The notes beneath the pieces were generated by a model. That model worked only from the letters and a program-made list of their open reading frames with translations, was not told where the DNA came from and ran no database searches. From positions 186,001-250,000 of the forward strand of contig NIVC01001313.1 of the NCBI GenBank assembly GCA_002269645.1: 64,000 bases of DNA, given 5' to 3'. This DNA comes from Macrostomum lignano. Taxonomy: Eukaryota. Shown piece by piece: positions 63,538-64,000 of this stretch (the stretch's first letter is position 1; every line of letters starts with the position of its first letter). The translations under genes and the position numbers were made by a program.

Positions 63538-64000
63538 CTAGAGTCGATGCACAGCATGAGTAATTACACTTGAACTCCACAGACGGTTTGTCTGAGCAAA
63601 GCTTTGAAGTTACAGCTGCGACCCATGATCCAAAAACAGATTATAAATCATGAAAATGATTTCTATTTATAGTTTTTTTAACGTCTCGTATTTTACTGCT
63701 GGTTTCTGCCGCCTCTTTGGTTCGCGAAGTTGGTATGAAGCATGCCTGTAGGCATCGCTGCCACGATCTTCATATTTTTTATTTCATTCAGGCCACTGGC
63801 TTGGTCTTTGTGGAAGTCGTGTAGAAATCATTAGTTCCAATTGCTTGCTCGACTAAAAAATCGTCTCGATCCGGATCCGTGCCGACTTCTTTTTTCACAC
63901 TGACTTCTTCTTGTTGGCGTCGTCCTAGTAGAGCTTTTGCAATATCTGCCTCTTCGGCCAGGGCCCAAAAAGCGGTACTATATTTGGGCTTGGGCGGTCG

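Larger units (their letters stand above)
57780..64000 (-). mobile_element. Polinton/Maverick (adintovirus-like) element, partial, continuing beyond the window; left boundary approximate
   Basis: Compact intronless co-oriented cassette: integrase, minor capsid, core protein, major capsid, cysteine protease, FtsK-like ATPase. Confidence 0.93.

Noticed and set aside
58593-63573. Plus-strand ORFs overlapping the Polinton genes
   Set aside because: These are antisense shadows of the minus-strand coding frames, with no motifs of their own.

Overview
Eukaryotic (invertebrate metazoan-like) genomic DNA with GT-AG introns and standard genetic code. The organism cannot be determined from the sequence; the style (poly-Ala/Gln proteins, minisatellite-filled introns) would fit a flatworm such as Macrostomum, which is an unverified impression. 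Left 36 kb: five co-directional + strand housekeeping genes (NAA15/16, intronless RPL30, RBM17/SPF45, a ZC3H13/Flacc-like gene, UNC-45), an intronic tRNA-Pro(CGG), a tRNA-derived CORE-like SINE whose 5' end has been amplified into a 20-bp array, a deleted mariner with 193-bp TIRs, and a different minisatellite in almost every large intron and spacer. Middle (38-56 kb): two head-to-head divergent caspase-like paralogs with non-canonical active-site residues, one carrying an in-frame TGA. Between them lie an orphan spliced gene and a nest of DNA transposon derivatives: a Crypton-like tyrosine-recombinase remnant split by a MITE, a foldback/MULE-like element with a 9-bp TSD, and an internally deleted P-superfamily THAP element with an 8-bp TSD. 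A TRAF-type zinc-finger fragment follows. Right end (about 57.8-64 kb): a Polinton/Maverick (adintovirus-like) element on the minus strand with integrase, minor capsid, core protein, major capsid, protease and packaging ATPase, running off the window edge. All family assignments come from recalled motifs, not database searches.
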